From: the human T2T-CHM13v2.0 reference genome, Homo sapiens
Assembly: GCF_009914755.1 (NCBI RefSeq)
Contig: NC_060926.1
DNA length: 64,000 nt
Direction: 5' to 3' (one strand)
Part shown: in pieces, positions 51,688 to 63,895 of the stretch
How the letters are laid out: every line of letters begins with the position of its first letter
Numbering within the stretch: the stretch's first letter is position 1
The notes under the pieces: model-generated
Seen by the model: only the letters and a program-made list of their open reading frames with translations
Database searches by the model: none
What the model was told of the DNA's origin: nothing
Made by a program: the position numbers and the translations under genes

Positions 51688-52157
51688 TTTTTTTTGAGAT
51701 AGAGTCTCACTCTGTTGCCCAGGCTGGAGTACAGTGGCACAATCACAACTCATTGCAGCCTTGACCTCCTGGACTCAGGCAATCCTCCTACCTTAGCCTC
51801 TTAAGTAGCTGGGACTACAGGCCTGCAACACTACACCCAGCTAATGCTTTTTTAAAAAACTTTTTGTAGAGGCAGGGTCTCACTATGTTGCCCAGGCTGG
51901 AATACAGTGGCACAATCACAACTCATTACAGTCTGGACCTCCTGGACTCAAGCAATTCTCCTACTTCAGCCTCCGAAGTACGTGCATTATATACACCATA
52001 CCCAACTAATGCTTTTAATGCTTTTTTAAAAAAACTTTTTATAGAGATGGGGTCTCACTATGTTTTTCAGGCTGGTATGAAACTCGTGGGCTCATGCAAA
52101 CCTCCTGCCTCAGTCTCCTAAAGTGCTGGGGCTACTGGTGTGAGCTGCCATGCCTGC
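51688..52157 (-). mobile_element. AluJ with tandemly duplicated right arm (trimeric Alu)
   Basis: Two right-arm copies (period ~173 bp) share private variants and are followed by one left arm. Confidence 0.9.
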
Positions 52158-52879
52158 AGATGCTTGTGCTTATTAGACCATATTCAAACTTGCTGAAGTG
52201 GCTGCGGTTTTCCTTTTCACTTCCTAACTGGAACTGTTGGGTGTGCTGCTGTTTTGTACTAGAGAAGGCATATCTGAGTCAAAAGGAAATGCGAGCAATT
52301 TAATAGAAGATAAAAGGATCCAACACGGCTCACACACACAATAAATGAAATGAGAGGAGACAGACTTATAATGTGTCTTTAATGTAATCACAACTGTATT
52401 CCAAGGATGAAGGTGTAATCTCAATTTGTATGGATGCACACAGCTTTCTCATTTGCAATCATCATTAGTGGGTTGTGTGCACGCTGTTGAAAATGGGAAT
52501 CTGCCCGGTGCAAATCTAATACCCTCTAATGAAACTAGAAAACATCAATTGTGACAGAAGGGACTCGGCTGAGTCAGACCACCCACGCAGCTCAGTGGCC
52601 TGATTTCCAGTGGTCAATACCAAAGATTCTTAATTTTGCCCCGATTAAGAACAATACAATGCACTCCCTTTAGAACACTCATGTTAGAAGGAGGACCAAG
52701 CCTCCATCTCTGCTGACATCAAGGAAAAGGCCCTATGGGGCCTGTGTGGGCACATCTTGGGTTGGGTGCTTCGGGTCATTTGACATCTCCAGTGTATTTG
52801 ATTTATAAAGTGGATTTGATCCTTGTTCCTATCCCTTAGCAAAGGAAACCTATTTACATTTTAGAGAATGAATGCATTA

Positions 52880-53100
52880 CTAGTATTTCCCACTCCCCTG
52901 GATTACCATGACTTTTTATCCGTTTCTTATCACATTCAGCCTGTCTCATAGTTATTTGTGTCTGAGGTTTATTTTCCCCTGCAGACTGTGAACATCTGAT
53001 ATTAAGGTCCACTTTGTAATCATCTTTGTAATCCCCCCTTGCACTTAGCACAGGGCCTGGAAAGGAGATGACTTGAGCTGTGCTTGGTGAACTAAATTGA
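52880..53100 (+). mobile_element. L2 3' end
   Basis: cagactgtgaacatct...catctttgtaatcccc...gcacttagcacagggcctgg...tggtgaactaaattgaa. Confidence 0.7.
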
Positions 53101-53409
53101 AACTCTTCTCTTATATCTGCAAAAAGGACTGTTCCTCTGAATTAAATCTGTGTAGGACTTAAACAATTTTCTTTATTTTTCCTTTGTGTTAGCTCAAACC
53201 ATAACATTTGTATTAGCTAAGAGTGAATTCCAGTAAAATACTCTCTTGCCAGACTTTTAACTTAGCTTACAAATAAGTTTTACGTTTGCCAAACATTGCA
53301 AACATTTCAAACTCCTTACCAAATTATACTTATAACTAAACATAGAATATCTTTATCCAAACTTAGTCACTAACTGTAACTGAGAGATTTTGAGGATGAG
53401 TGTGATGAA

Positions 53410-53632
53410 GTAAAGTCTTAAGAACTAACAGATAGCAGAGCTCATTCAGATTGTGCAACTCATTCATCATATGGCCTTGGGCAAGCGACAACTTCCTGGA
53501 TCTCAGTTTCTTCAGGGTTAAAACACTTGCATCAATACCTGTGCTGTGTATGTCTTAGGATTTTAATAAAACTAATGAAGTGATTGATGTCAAAGCACCT
53601 TGTAACCTGCAGAGCCATATATAAAATATAGG
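53410..53632 (+). mobile_element. MIR SINE
   Basis: tggccttgggcaagcgacaacttcctggatctcagtttcttca...tgtcaaagcaccttgtaacctg. Confidence 0.7.
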
Positions 53633-54318
53633 AAATATGGGAAGTGAAAATGGAAAGAACTGGACGTGCTAATGTCTCTTCATGCTAATAAATCAAGGGG
53701 AGAGAGGGAGTCTCAAAATGAACCTGGTGAATGTTCACTCTAGGATTCAAGGACACCTAAGCAAGACTGTCCAGTGCATGGGGTGGGGCCAACGGAGGTC
53801 AAATTGTATAAATCACCCAAGAGGTTTCTGGGAAGAGAATGCAATTTATAAGAAAGTTAAGCATGCAAGAGTGTTCCAGTGACAGTGGGAGAAGGCCCAA
53901 GTAGGAGGGGCAATTGTGAATGTGTGACTTCCAGCTTTTGGTCTCCACCTTTTCCCATAATCCTCTAACCCACTGAATAATTCCACTGAAATCTCTGCAA
54001 GACTCTGTGTGGTGAGGAAGCTCTGTTCTAATCCCCCTCTGACAAAACATTACTCCAGCAGAGTGGAGGCCCTTTTCCTGCCTCAGCATGGGATACAGAT
54101 GAGCTGGGATACAGTGAGAGTTCCATAAGGCGTAGCCTGGCCTAGTCACATTGAGGGTCCCATATCCCACCTGGAGCAGCAGTGCCCAGATCCTATTACA
54201 GCAGTTGTGGCCCACACCTCTGGAGGCAGCAAACACCAATGACTATGAAAGAAATGGGGGCTAATGGCCTTGCCTAGGACATCTGCATCTGCTTTGAAGA
54301 CAGCAGGCAGCAAAGTGG

Positions 54319-54353
54319 CATCCCTGAATGAGAGGCACTGTCATTCAGGGATG
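54319..54353. repeat. Perfect inverted repeat, 13 bp arms, 9 nt loop
   Basis: catccctgaatga-gaggcactg-tcattcagggatg. Confidence 0.95.
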
Positions 54354-55779
54354 TAGGCTTGGTATCATGCAGTGTTTTGGCATGATTGACAGGGACTTGG
54401 AGGAGTGGTAGTGATATCATCTAAGAGGATTGGTATGGCGTCAGTAATGTTGGAAGAATTTCCATGAACTAATTGGAAAACACCAGTAATATAAATTATA
54501 GAAAATTGAGAGAGGGTATTTGTTATTGTGCAAGTGGTAGATAGAATCCAGTCTAAGAAAGCACAGATGATACAAAACTGGGAAGAACTGAGTGTCGCTC
54601 AATTCTTATTGTTTTAAAAAGGAAAGAACTGTAGGCCACTGGCCAGTGTAGCTCTGGCAGCATCTCATGGTTTTAAATAGGGGGATAATACACAGCTAGT
54701 ATGCAATAAGTGCTAATAAGGAATGCTGGAGCCCTTAGAGCCTCAGGGAAAATTATCCTCAGTTGTAAAGTGAATGAGAGTGTGCTTGTTTCTTCCATTT
54801 ACCATTCCCCAGAACCACAGCCTTCTTGAGCTTCAGCGAGTGCCTCCTCACTCCTTAGAATTTACATTTCACAATGTTAAAACAAGATCTGTTATAGATA
54901 ATTTAGCCCCAGGAAGCTTAAGCCAGGGACAGCCAAGCAGGGCTTCAGTAACAGAGAACACCAGGCCTCTTTATTTTCTTACCCTGGGACTTTATTTCTG
55001 AGCCAAGAAGCTAACGCATCTTAATAGCAAGCAGCTGAGTTAACTAGATAAAAGGTTTCATAAACAGTTAGTGAAATCTTGAAATCAGAGAAACCGGAGA
55101 TTCACAGCCTTACCGTGCCTGACTGGATCTAAACGTACATCGCAGAAAGCAACACAGAAGGTGATGGTGAGATACTAGGCAGTGCTCCCGTGAGCCGAAA
55201 CACACTGGTTTTCATTCATTCATTCTACAGATGGATATATATTGAATTCTACAACACAGTTTCCTCTCGGCTTAAGACTGAGGATAAAGGATACAAAAGA
55301 ACCAATCAACTAAAACAGATTTAATGATCTAGACAATAACGATTACATTAAATTAATGAGTACATGGAGCTGACAAAAGGCCAGTTTTATATACTGGTTG
55401 ATAGTTGTTGATAGTTCAGAAATAGAAGACCTAAGAAGTTTAAATTTATAGTAAATAATGGCACTAGGAGTTTATGTAAAAATATGAAAAATGAGTTAAA
55501 ATGAATGAACTGACATGTATTAGCAGATAGTAATAGTAAAAGGATCAGGATTATAAGTTGTGATGATTCTATGGTTAAGGGGGAATCATAGGCGCACAAA
55601 AACAGAAAAACTCAACAAAGGGAAAGAAAAGCTACTTGGTGAGAGGGAAGAGCTCAGAGAGCTTTTTAGGATATTGACTTTGGTGGAGGAAGGAGCTAGA
55701 ACTGGCACTGGAGGTGCTGAAAGCCTGGGGCATTAGATTAGGAGCTTCAGACTTGTGAACGGCTGGCTCTCGAATTGAC

Positions 55780-56235
55780 CACCCACAAGCAAAAGATTTT
55801 AAATAAAGTAAAAATTCAAGAAAATTCCAATTACTGTGGCAGCAGTAGAAAAAGGGAATATCAAAGGGAGTATCGAGGGGAAAAATGATTGATTCTGAAC
55901 AAAGAAAAATTAAAGATCAAAAGCAAAAAGATAAAGGAAATCATACTGGTTTTGGACAAAGACTACATGCATTCAAAACCTATAAATAGATAAATAGGGA
56001 GCAATTTTCTGAATAAAGTTAATGAAATGGAGCAACAACTGAGATATGGAAAATAATGACTATGTGACGATGGGAATAAAGCCAGTCAAATGCTACCACA
56101 TCAATTAAGGAAACAGCAGGCCTCCAGAGCAAAGACAAAAATAATACAACTTCTAAGACCCAACATTTACAAGACAACATAAAAGAACCAAGAGAAACAT
56201 GTGCCTTTCATTACTAATCTGCCTTTACATGAAAT
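55780..56235 (+). mobile_element. Ancient L1-clade ORF2 fossil of non-mammalian type (region between endonuclease and RT)
   Basis: Manual translation across frameshifts: LLW...KGVSRGKMI; EMEQQLRYGK**LCDDGNKASQMLPHQLRKQQASRAKTKI; EPRETCAFHY*S. The motifs are in the correct order for L1-clade ORF2. Confidence 0.7.
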
Positions 56236-57118
56236 ATTACAAAAAAAACTTTTAAAAACATGATTATGATTCAAATTGTAAAGCAAATTCTTCAAAGCCC
56301 TGTGTACTTCATTGGAGCAAATTTCACTCAATCTCCCATGTCATCACTAAGCCATGTGCCCTCATTTTTGTAGGTGACCACTCTACAGGTGACATCACCA
56401 ACTTTGTAGATTGTTAAAACCCTTCCATAGGGACAGAAGGGCCCTGTGGGCTTGGTGTCATGAGCATTTTTGGCAAAGTTGATGGGGACTTGGAGAATGC
56501 CTCTGCATCCCCTGAGCTCCTGCATTGACTCTAAGCTTCCTTTAGAGCCAGGATGGATGTTTTTAGCCATACCTTTTCTGGCTCCCCCCGCCCGACTTCT
56601 GACACTAATGTGTAATCTGTCCATGGAGTCCGTCTTGAGACACACCTGCTGAGCACACAGTTGGATGAACAGTTTGACTGAAGGATTCAGTGTCCCTGAT
56701 AACTTCTCTCTTCCAAGTTACCAAACCAAGGAAGACACTAATGTTCTTTCTGATGTCATTAATTAGCTGTGCTTGACTGTTTGTAGAGGGCGTCATTGAA
56801 ATTTTGTTCTCGAATGTTCTTTCTTTTCCTCTTTTCTCTACTGTTTCTTTTGACATCTGTTTATTTCCTCTGCATCTTCAGAGCCTAGCAAAGCACGTAC
56901 CTCATTGTCAGTGTCAAGAATGAAAGAACTGGCCTTCCTTCGTATGGAATCCACTACACCAGCCCCTGCCTCCACTGTCTCTTCTCTGCCCACTTCTCTG
57001 GCTCTATTTCTTGTACACTCCTGCTTCAAACCATGGGGGTCTCCCAGGATATCAGGATATCCTCTTGTCCTTTCTTCATTCTACTTTATGTTTTCATTTC
57101 CCTTTTTTACTCCCTTCG

Positions 57119-57149
<31 letters not shown>
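57119..57149. repeat. (TC)n microsatellite, ~14 units
   Basis: tctctctctc run. Confidence 0.95.
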
Positions 57150-57152
<3 letters not shown>

Positions 57153-57168
57153 CTATTTAGAAAAGAGA

Positions 57169-57472
57169 GTCCAGGCATGGTGGCTTACATCTGCAATACT
57201 AGCACTTTGGGAGGTTGAGGTGGGAGGATCACTTCAAATCAGAAGTTCAAAACTAGCCTGGGCAACGTGGCAAAACCCCGTCTCAACAAAAACAAAAATT
57301 AGCCGAGTGTGGTGGCAGGAGCCTGGAGCCTGTAGTCCCAGCTACTGGAGGAGCTGAAGCGAGAGGGTTGCTTGAGCCCAGGAGGCTGAGGCTGCAGTGA
57401 GCCGAGATCACGCCCATGCACTTCAGCCTGGATGACAGAGTGAGATCCTGTCTCAAAAAAAAAGAAAGAAAA
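57169..57472 (+). mobile_element. AluJ (Jb-like), full length
   Basis: ggaggatcactt, gcctgggcaac, gcttgagcccaggaggctgaggctgcagtgagccgagatc; TSD agaaaagaga / agaaaagata. Confidence 0.93.
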
Positions 57473-58098
57473 AGAAAAGATACATAGTTCATTTTAAGGC
57501 AGTGGATAGATCACCAAAAGGAAAAAAAGATCAGTGAATACCATAGTATTTCTTGTCTTTGTTTTATTTTATTTCATTTCTTTTTATATACATTGGCCTT
57601 TGTAAAGACAGAACTCAAAATCTCGTTTAATTCCCCCTAGGCACTTCTTTGAGTGTGATTTCTGAGATACAGGATTTCTCATGAGCTTATTTTAAAACAG
57701 CAAACACAAATTAAAAAGCATACATATTTATAAAACTTATATAAAATATATATCATATAAATATCACAATTTAAACAAAACTGAAACACAAATCTGTAGT
57801 TACAATGGAGTATGATTTCTACTCATTTATAACTATTTCTAGTAATTTGAATCCCATATTGCCCTCCATGCTTCTTGTTGTTGCTTTTTCGACTCATCCG
57901 AATTCTTAAAAATTTGAGTTGTAAACTTCTGGTAGTGGGTTTAGTAACTGTGAATATCTTATATTGACCTTGTAATTACTCTTTTAAAAATCGTTATTAA
58001 GGTACACATAAACGTAATTTAAAGAGTTAACTATTTCTTCAGAGTTTCTCATGAAAAATTAGTCTGTCCTCTCCTGCCATGATTTCCCATTTTTCATG

Positions 58099-58651
58099 TG
58101 TATTAGTTTTCCATTGTTTATGTAACAAATTACCACAAACTTAGTGGCTTACAACACAGATTTATTATCTTATAGTTCTGTGGGTCAGAAGTCCAACCTG
58201 GGTCTCACTGAGCATCACTAGGCATCACTAGGGCCGTGTTCCCCTCTGGAGGCTCTAGAGGAGAATCTGCTTCCTTGCCCATTCACGTGTTAGCAGAATT
58301 CAGTTTCCTATGGTTGTAGGGCTGTTGCTGGCTGTCAGCACAGGGCTGTCCTGAGCTCTAGTTTTTGTATATACTCCCCACATCTGAGAGCTAGCATAGG
58401 ACAGTGGATCTTTCTCTTGGGGCCATTTCTCAACTTCATCTTCTGCCTTTCTCTTCTACTTTTAAGGATTCAAGTGATTACATTGCCCCCATCACACCCC
58501 AGTAATCTCCCTTTTTCAAGTTCTTTAATCTTAGTCACATCTGCAAAGTTCCATCTGCAAAATTCTTTCGCCATGTAAGGTAACATTCAGAGGCCCCAGA
58601 AATTGGATCTTGGATATCTTTTGGGGAAGGAGTGTTATTCTGCCTACCACA
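58099..58651 (-). mobile_element. MLT1E-like MaLR solo LTR
   Basis: tgtattagtttt...tgtaacaaattaccacaaacttagtggctt...gcagaattcagttt...cacatctgcaaagt...ttattctgcctaccaca. Confidence 0.9.
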
Positions 58652-59835
58652 CTATGGTACCCACAGTCAGCTCTTTTAGACACTTGTTTGGTATGTACTC
58701 CAGTGTCTCTAAATAGTATTCTGAATTAGAGCTTGTTTGTTTTCAGTTTTTGTACTTACTCTTTGTTTTCCAAGTATGGAAGATGATGATTTAAGTACCT
58801 TTCACACTCAGCCTCTCATAAAATATGTGTTTCTTGTTCCTTTGTCTTCCTAATATAATTCAATTTAGATCAAATATAATTTTTATACTACTAATATTAT
58901 GTAAACACTATCCATAGCTGAGTTATGTATTATAATAACGTTGATACTATTTTTCTGGCAAAAGTTTTTGGTTGTTAAATTTCCTATTATTTGTCTCTCA
59001 GTTATCCCATACTCTCTTCCAGTAGTGTAAATTTTTCCTCATCTTCTTGAAGAGCACTTGCTAAGAATTTTCTGACCTGCTCCAATCTGGATTTCTTGAT
59101 TTCTAAGCATGCTGCCCAACTGCTTCATAGGAATCTGCCTGTGATTTCCACCCTGAAGATGCCTCTCACCTCTTACTCTGTTTCTTTTTTCCCTATTTTC
59201 TCCTTCATTTCATTTGAGCACATTCTTCAGGAGCTGCTTGATGAAAAACGTAAGGGGGTGATATATTTTAGACATATAATATATTTGCATGCATGAAAAT
59301 GTATTTTTCCTGCCCTCGCACTTAACTGAGAGTTTAGCTGGTTTGGAATTTCAGACGGATACTATTTTTTCTCAGAATTTGCATTCAGTTGGAAATCTTG
59401 CGCTTCATCGATCCTCCCTGTTTACAGTGCCTTCGTAATCCCTGCCCTTATCTCCTGGTCCAGAGACATTCTGTTTTATTCTCTCCAGAGAAAAACCCTT
59501 TAGGCTTCTACTGTGGGAAAGAGGTTGCATGGAGTGGGAGGAGGGACTGGGGGTCTAACTGCTTCACAAAAAAGACTTCCTATGAATCCTCCTGCTTCTA
59601 ACCCGGTATTTTAACTCACCCTCCCAAACACCACCTTTCCTGGGTACCCGGTTCTTCCAATTCCAGTGCCTTTGGAGATTTGGGGGTAAAAATGAGAGTG
59701 TTGCTTGGCTTTCCCCAGAATAGGATTTAACATTCTCCTGTCTGCTAAGGCAGTTAGCATCAGCTATTTTCAAGCCTCAGCATTTCATTATTGTTGTTCC
59801 CATTTCTGTTCTCTTTGCTATTGTGTTTATATGCT

Positions 59836-60252
59836 TGTGTCAGTCCGTTTTTTGCTTTGCTTGAAGTAATCCCTGAGACTGGGTAATTTATAAGTAAAAG
59901 AAGTTTAATTGACTCACGGTTCTGCAGGCTATACAAGCGTAGCAACAACATCTACTTGGCTTCTGATGAGGGTCTCAGGAAGCTTCCACTTATGACGGAA
60001 GGTGAGGTAGGGGCCAGCACATGGCATGGCAAGAGTGAGCAAGGGGGTGGGAGGTGTCACATGCTTTTAAATAACCAGATCCCACGTGAACTCAGAGCAG
60101 AGTGAGAACTCACTCATTACCACAAGGAGTACACCAAGCCGTTCATTAGGAATCCATCCTCATGACCAAACCTCCCATCAGGCCCCATCTCCAACACCGG
60201 GGATTATATTGCAACATGAGATTTGGAGGGGACAAACATCCTAACCATATCA
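59836..60252 (-). mobile_element. MSTB MaLR solo LTR
   Basis: cctgagactgggtaatttataag...ggcttctgatgagggtctcaggaagcttcc...gagtgagaactcactcattaccac...atttggaggggacaaacatcctaaccatatca. Confidence 0.92.
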
Positions 60253-60589
60253 GACCTTTCATAGTTGCTTTACCATTGTTTTCTTTCTTTGCTTATTTAT
60301 TTTTGGTGGTAACTGAATCCCATTTGCATGGCCAACCTGCTGTTTTTAACTGGAAGTCCTCACAGCCTCTAAGAGCTCAATGATCTTTATTTTGTTGTTG
60401 CTGCTGTTATCAAGATGAAAATTTCTAGATGTACCAGCTTCCTCATGGTCTACTTTTAAGTAGACTCTATAAAGGACAGTTTTATCTAGATATTCTGCCA
60501 CACTGCAGCTAAAACTCAACTGGAAAACACTAAAACATTCCTTTAAACCAGTGCTTCTTTCTGGCCTACCCCTTATAATCATGGATACT

Positions 60590-61770
60590 GCCATTTTCCA
60601 GATTTTCAGGCTATTCTACTATATTCTAATTTGTCCCTTCCATCCAAGCTATTAGTAAGTCATATTGATTTTTTTTCATGACATCTTTCAAATGTGCCCT
60701 CTCTGCTCCTGGCCTTTTCTTTCTTCCTAGTCTAGGCTCTCATTATCTCCAAACAGGATTATTGCAAAACAACCTATTGACAGTTCTGATCACCCATTAC
60801 CCACTTCTTTTTTTCTATTCTATTCAACCTTTCTCAACACCACTGTCACCATGACACCTTCTAGCCCTATACATAGGGCCTCACCAATCTCCTCGCTCTT
60901 TAGATCAAGTCTAGACTGCGATGTCAATGCCTGAATACAGAAAGCATTCAATAAATGTTCATAAAGGGAGAAGCTGGATGATGTCCAAGGACTTCATTAA
61001 GAGCTTTTCACCATATCTAACAAAGTTTTTCTCCAAATGAATAATATCGATCCTTCCTGCCTCTCATGACTTGTTTCCCCCTTGTTTCCAGTCCTAATCC
61101 TACTTGTATCCCTAGGTTTAAGCTTGCACTTTCCTTGGGCTTTCTCCGTCCCCATGTAAATCTGCATTTCCTGGGCCAGGCATGGTGTTTCACACCTGTA
61201 ATCCAGCACTTTGGCACTTTGGGAGACCGAAGCATGTGGATCACTTGAGGTCAGGAGTTTGAGACTAGCCTGGCCAATGTGGCGAAACCCCATCTCTACT
61301 AAAAATCCAAAATTATTTGGGCATGGTGGTGCATGCCTGTAATCCCAGCTACTCAAGAGGCCGAGGCATGAGAAATGCTTGAACCTGGGAGGCAGAGGTT
61401 GCAGTGAGCTGATATTGGGCCACTGCACTCCAGCCTGGGTGACAGAATGACACTGTTTCTAAAAAAACAAAACAAAACAAAACAAAAAAAATTCTGCATT
61501 TTTTTATAAGGATCTGCTTTAACTCTAACTGCTCCTGGAAATAAGCCCTGACTAATCAAGGCTACACAGTCCCCATCTTCCTGTGAACATCAACAAGACT
61601 TGGAGCTAGCTGTCTCAAAATCACTTGTGTGTTGTTTGCTCTTTTGCCTGTGTGTTCATTTTCTTCCCCAATTTCTTTAAGAGTAGGGATTATATCTAAC
61701 ATTTATCTCCAACTCTTTCTGGTGCTGGATACATGACTTGGCATACACAAATTAGTAAGTTTTTAACTCT
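60590..61770 (+). mobile_element. L2 fragments, interrupted by an Alu
   Basis: ctagtctaggctctcattatctcc...ggattattgcaa; gcattcaataaatgtt; ctcctggaaataagccctgac; gacttggcatac. Confidence 0.55.
61174..61490 (+). mobile_element. AluS (Sx/Sz-like), full length
   Basis: ggatcacttgaggtcaggagtttgagactagcctggccaa; (CAAAA)n tail; TSD core tctgcattt (61161-61169, 61493-61501). Confidence 0.95.
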
Positions 61771-61919
61771 TGTATAAAAAATATTCTTAAGCAAAGAAGA
61801 GTAAGGACCTTACCCTGAGAACCACATAGAAAATTTGCCATTTTCTTGACTTATCACATGAAATCTTATTTTGTGTGTGTGTGAATTTTGCATTTTAAGC
61901 CCCAACATATTTATATCAA

Positions 61920-62123
61920 TAGACTGAGTCCACAATTGGACTTCACTACTTAATACTGCACAACCTTGGTCCAATTACTCAGCTTCTCTGTACATCAGTT
62001 TTCTAATTTTTAAAACAAGGATTACAGCAATTCCTATCTTATTGTTGAAGTGAAAAAATAAATTAGTTCACATAGAACACTGAATAGTGCTAAGTAGTTG
62101 GAAGATGCTCAATAAATACTAGC
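61920..62123 (+). mobile_element. MIR SINE
   Basis: accttggtccaattactcagcttctctgtacatcagttttc...gatgctcaataaatactagc. Confidence 0.75.
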
Positions 62124-63089
62124 AGTTTTAAGAAAGATCATTTAGATGAGTTTTCCTCCAATACTTAATATTCAAGTTGCTCCAGAAATATATGTCATAT
62201 CTATCTTGTGGTCTCAGAGTACCAGGACGAAGGCATGCAGCAGACTCTTACACAATAGACTTGGGAGCCAGCAGGGCAATCACGATATATTCCTTCTTGG
62301 AATGGCTGAGAACCAATAATCTCAGCCCTGTCCCACATCATGGAGGAACTAAAACCCACACCCCCACACTGTGGCACCCTCCTGCATGGCCCTCACAGCA
62401 CACAAACATTCTCCACTCTTTACAACAGATGGACTTGGATGATCTGTGTCTCTCAAAAGATTTCATATAATGGAAACCCCTACATGTCTAGATCTGGTTT
62501 TTGTTTTAGAATTGCCAGAGTCCCTGCAATAAAGAAGAAACACATCCTGAGATCAAACGTGACTCTTTTCTTTATTATTCCTTATGGACCTCTTTCAGTC
62601 TATCTCCACATTATGGTACAGTTTTACCCTCCTGTAATCTTCAGGGGACACTGAAGCAGAGTGAGGTTTAGACCAAATCTAGGCATGCTGGTGTCACACT
62701 GAGAAGTGAGGAAAAGAGGAAATAGAAGGTCTAAAAAAGAGATTAAGATGTGCTGTGATTTAACCTAGAGTGCTGTAAATTACTTCCAGTTTGTCACTTG
62801 GCAGATTTGCTCCTCAATCCATGTCTGCTCTAAATATAAGTGCTCTGGGTTCCCAAAATACTTCTCCCTTCTCACCCCCTTTGATCATCTCATTCGTTGG
62901 CAGATTTCAGACTGGTATGAATCAGTAAGTGTCCATTTAATTCTCTAAGGCTAGATTCAGTGATGTCCTTTAAGCAGATGGACAGATATTTTAGGAAGTG
63001 CTGGAGGTCTTGGTGTTACCTACTCAGTTGTGACACATGGGGAGGCCACTTGGTTTTGAAGCCAAAGAATAATGCCTTTACTATGGACA

Positions 63090-63405
63090 AATGCAATATA
63101 CAGCCCTCTCAGCACAATGTCCACTTGGGTGAAACACTCTGCCCCACTTCTGCCTGTGTAACTCATAATATCCCTCAAGGTGCTGTTCAAATTTTCTCTT
63201 CCAGGAAGCCCATGCCGATTCTCTCCTCCTTGTTCCTTCGGCTTTTTACTTGTACTAATTTTGTGATACATAGCCCTATCCATCTATAGTGTAGTGGGTT
63301 AGCATTATGACAGAACTCATCACCAAGTGATGAGTTCGTGCAGGGCAAGGAATGTGTCCATTTTCCATTCATCATCCTGAAATTTCATAGCAAACTTCCT
63401 GAAGC
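63090..63405 (+). mobile_element. L2 3' fragment
   Basis: tcttccaggaagccc...tgagttcgtgcagggcaaggaatgtgtc. Confidence 0.55.
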
Positions 63406-63895
63406 AATGAAGGGGCCAAATATAACTTTCAGAAGCCAATAGGCAATGTAGCTTGTTTAGAGAGAAGAACTACTTGAATGGATGTTCTCTCAGGGTGCTT
63501 AGAAACAAGGCCCTTCTGTAGGCCAGACCTTGAACTTAGGAGAGGGACAGCTCTTCTGCAGTACCCTTTCTCGTCTCTGCATTACTGGTGTCCTAGTGAC
63601 CTCACCTCCCGCCCAACCAAACCTGCTGCTCCCAGATCACGACCGAACCCTCCTTGCACTCTTCTGGGCTCTTCTCTCTGTAAGTTATCTTTCATGACGA
63701 AGGAGTTAATCAATTTTTTTTTTTTTTTTGCCAAAAGGGTTTAAGGAAGTAGAACAAGCCTTCCAAAAGAAATTTAAAAAAACAAACAAAAAAAAAAAAA
63801 CAAAAAAAAACATGCGTGTCTTTGTTTAAGATACTTCTTCTGCCTGCAATAAGGTGGTTGTGAAAGTGACAAAACATAGGTCTTTGGTTGGTTGC

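Larger units (their letters stand above)
57990..60358 (-). mobile_element. HAL1-like ancient LINE relic interrupted by MLT1E and MSTB
   Basis: tatggaagatgatgatttaag, ctgacctgctccaatctgga, ttgcatgcatgaaaatgtatttttcctgccctcgcactt; 5' end ttttaactggaagtc. Confidence 0.6.

Noticed and set aside
56600-57030. Overlapping minus-strand ORFs as a processed pseudogene
   Set aside because: No recognisable protein similarity, poly(A) tail or TSD.
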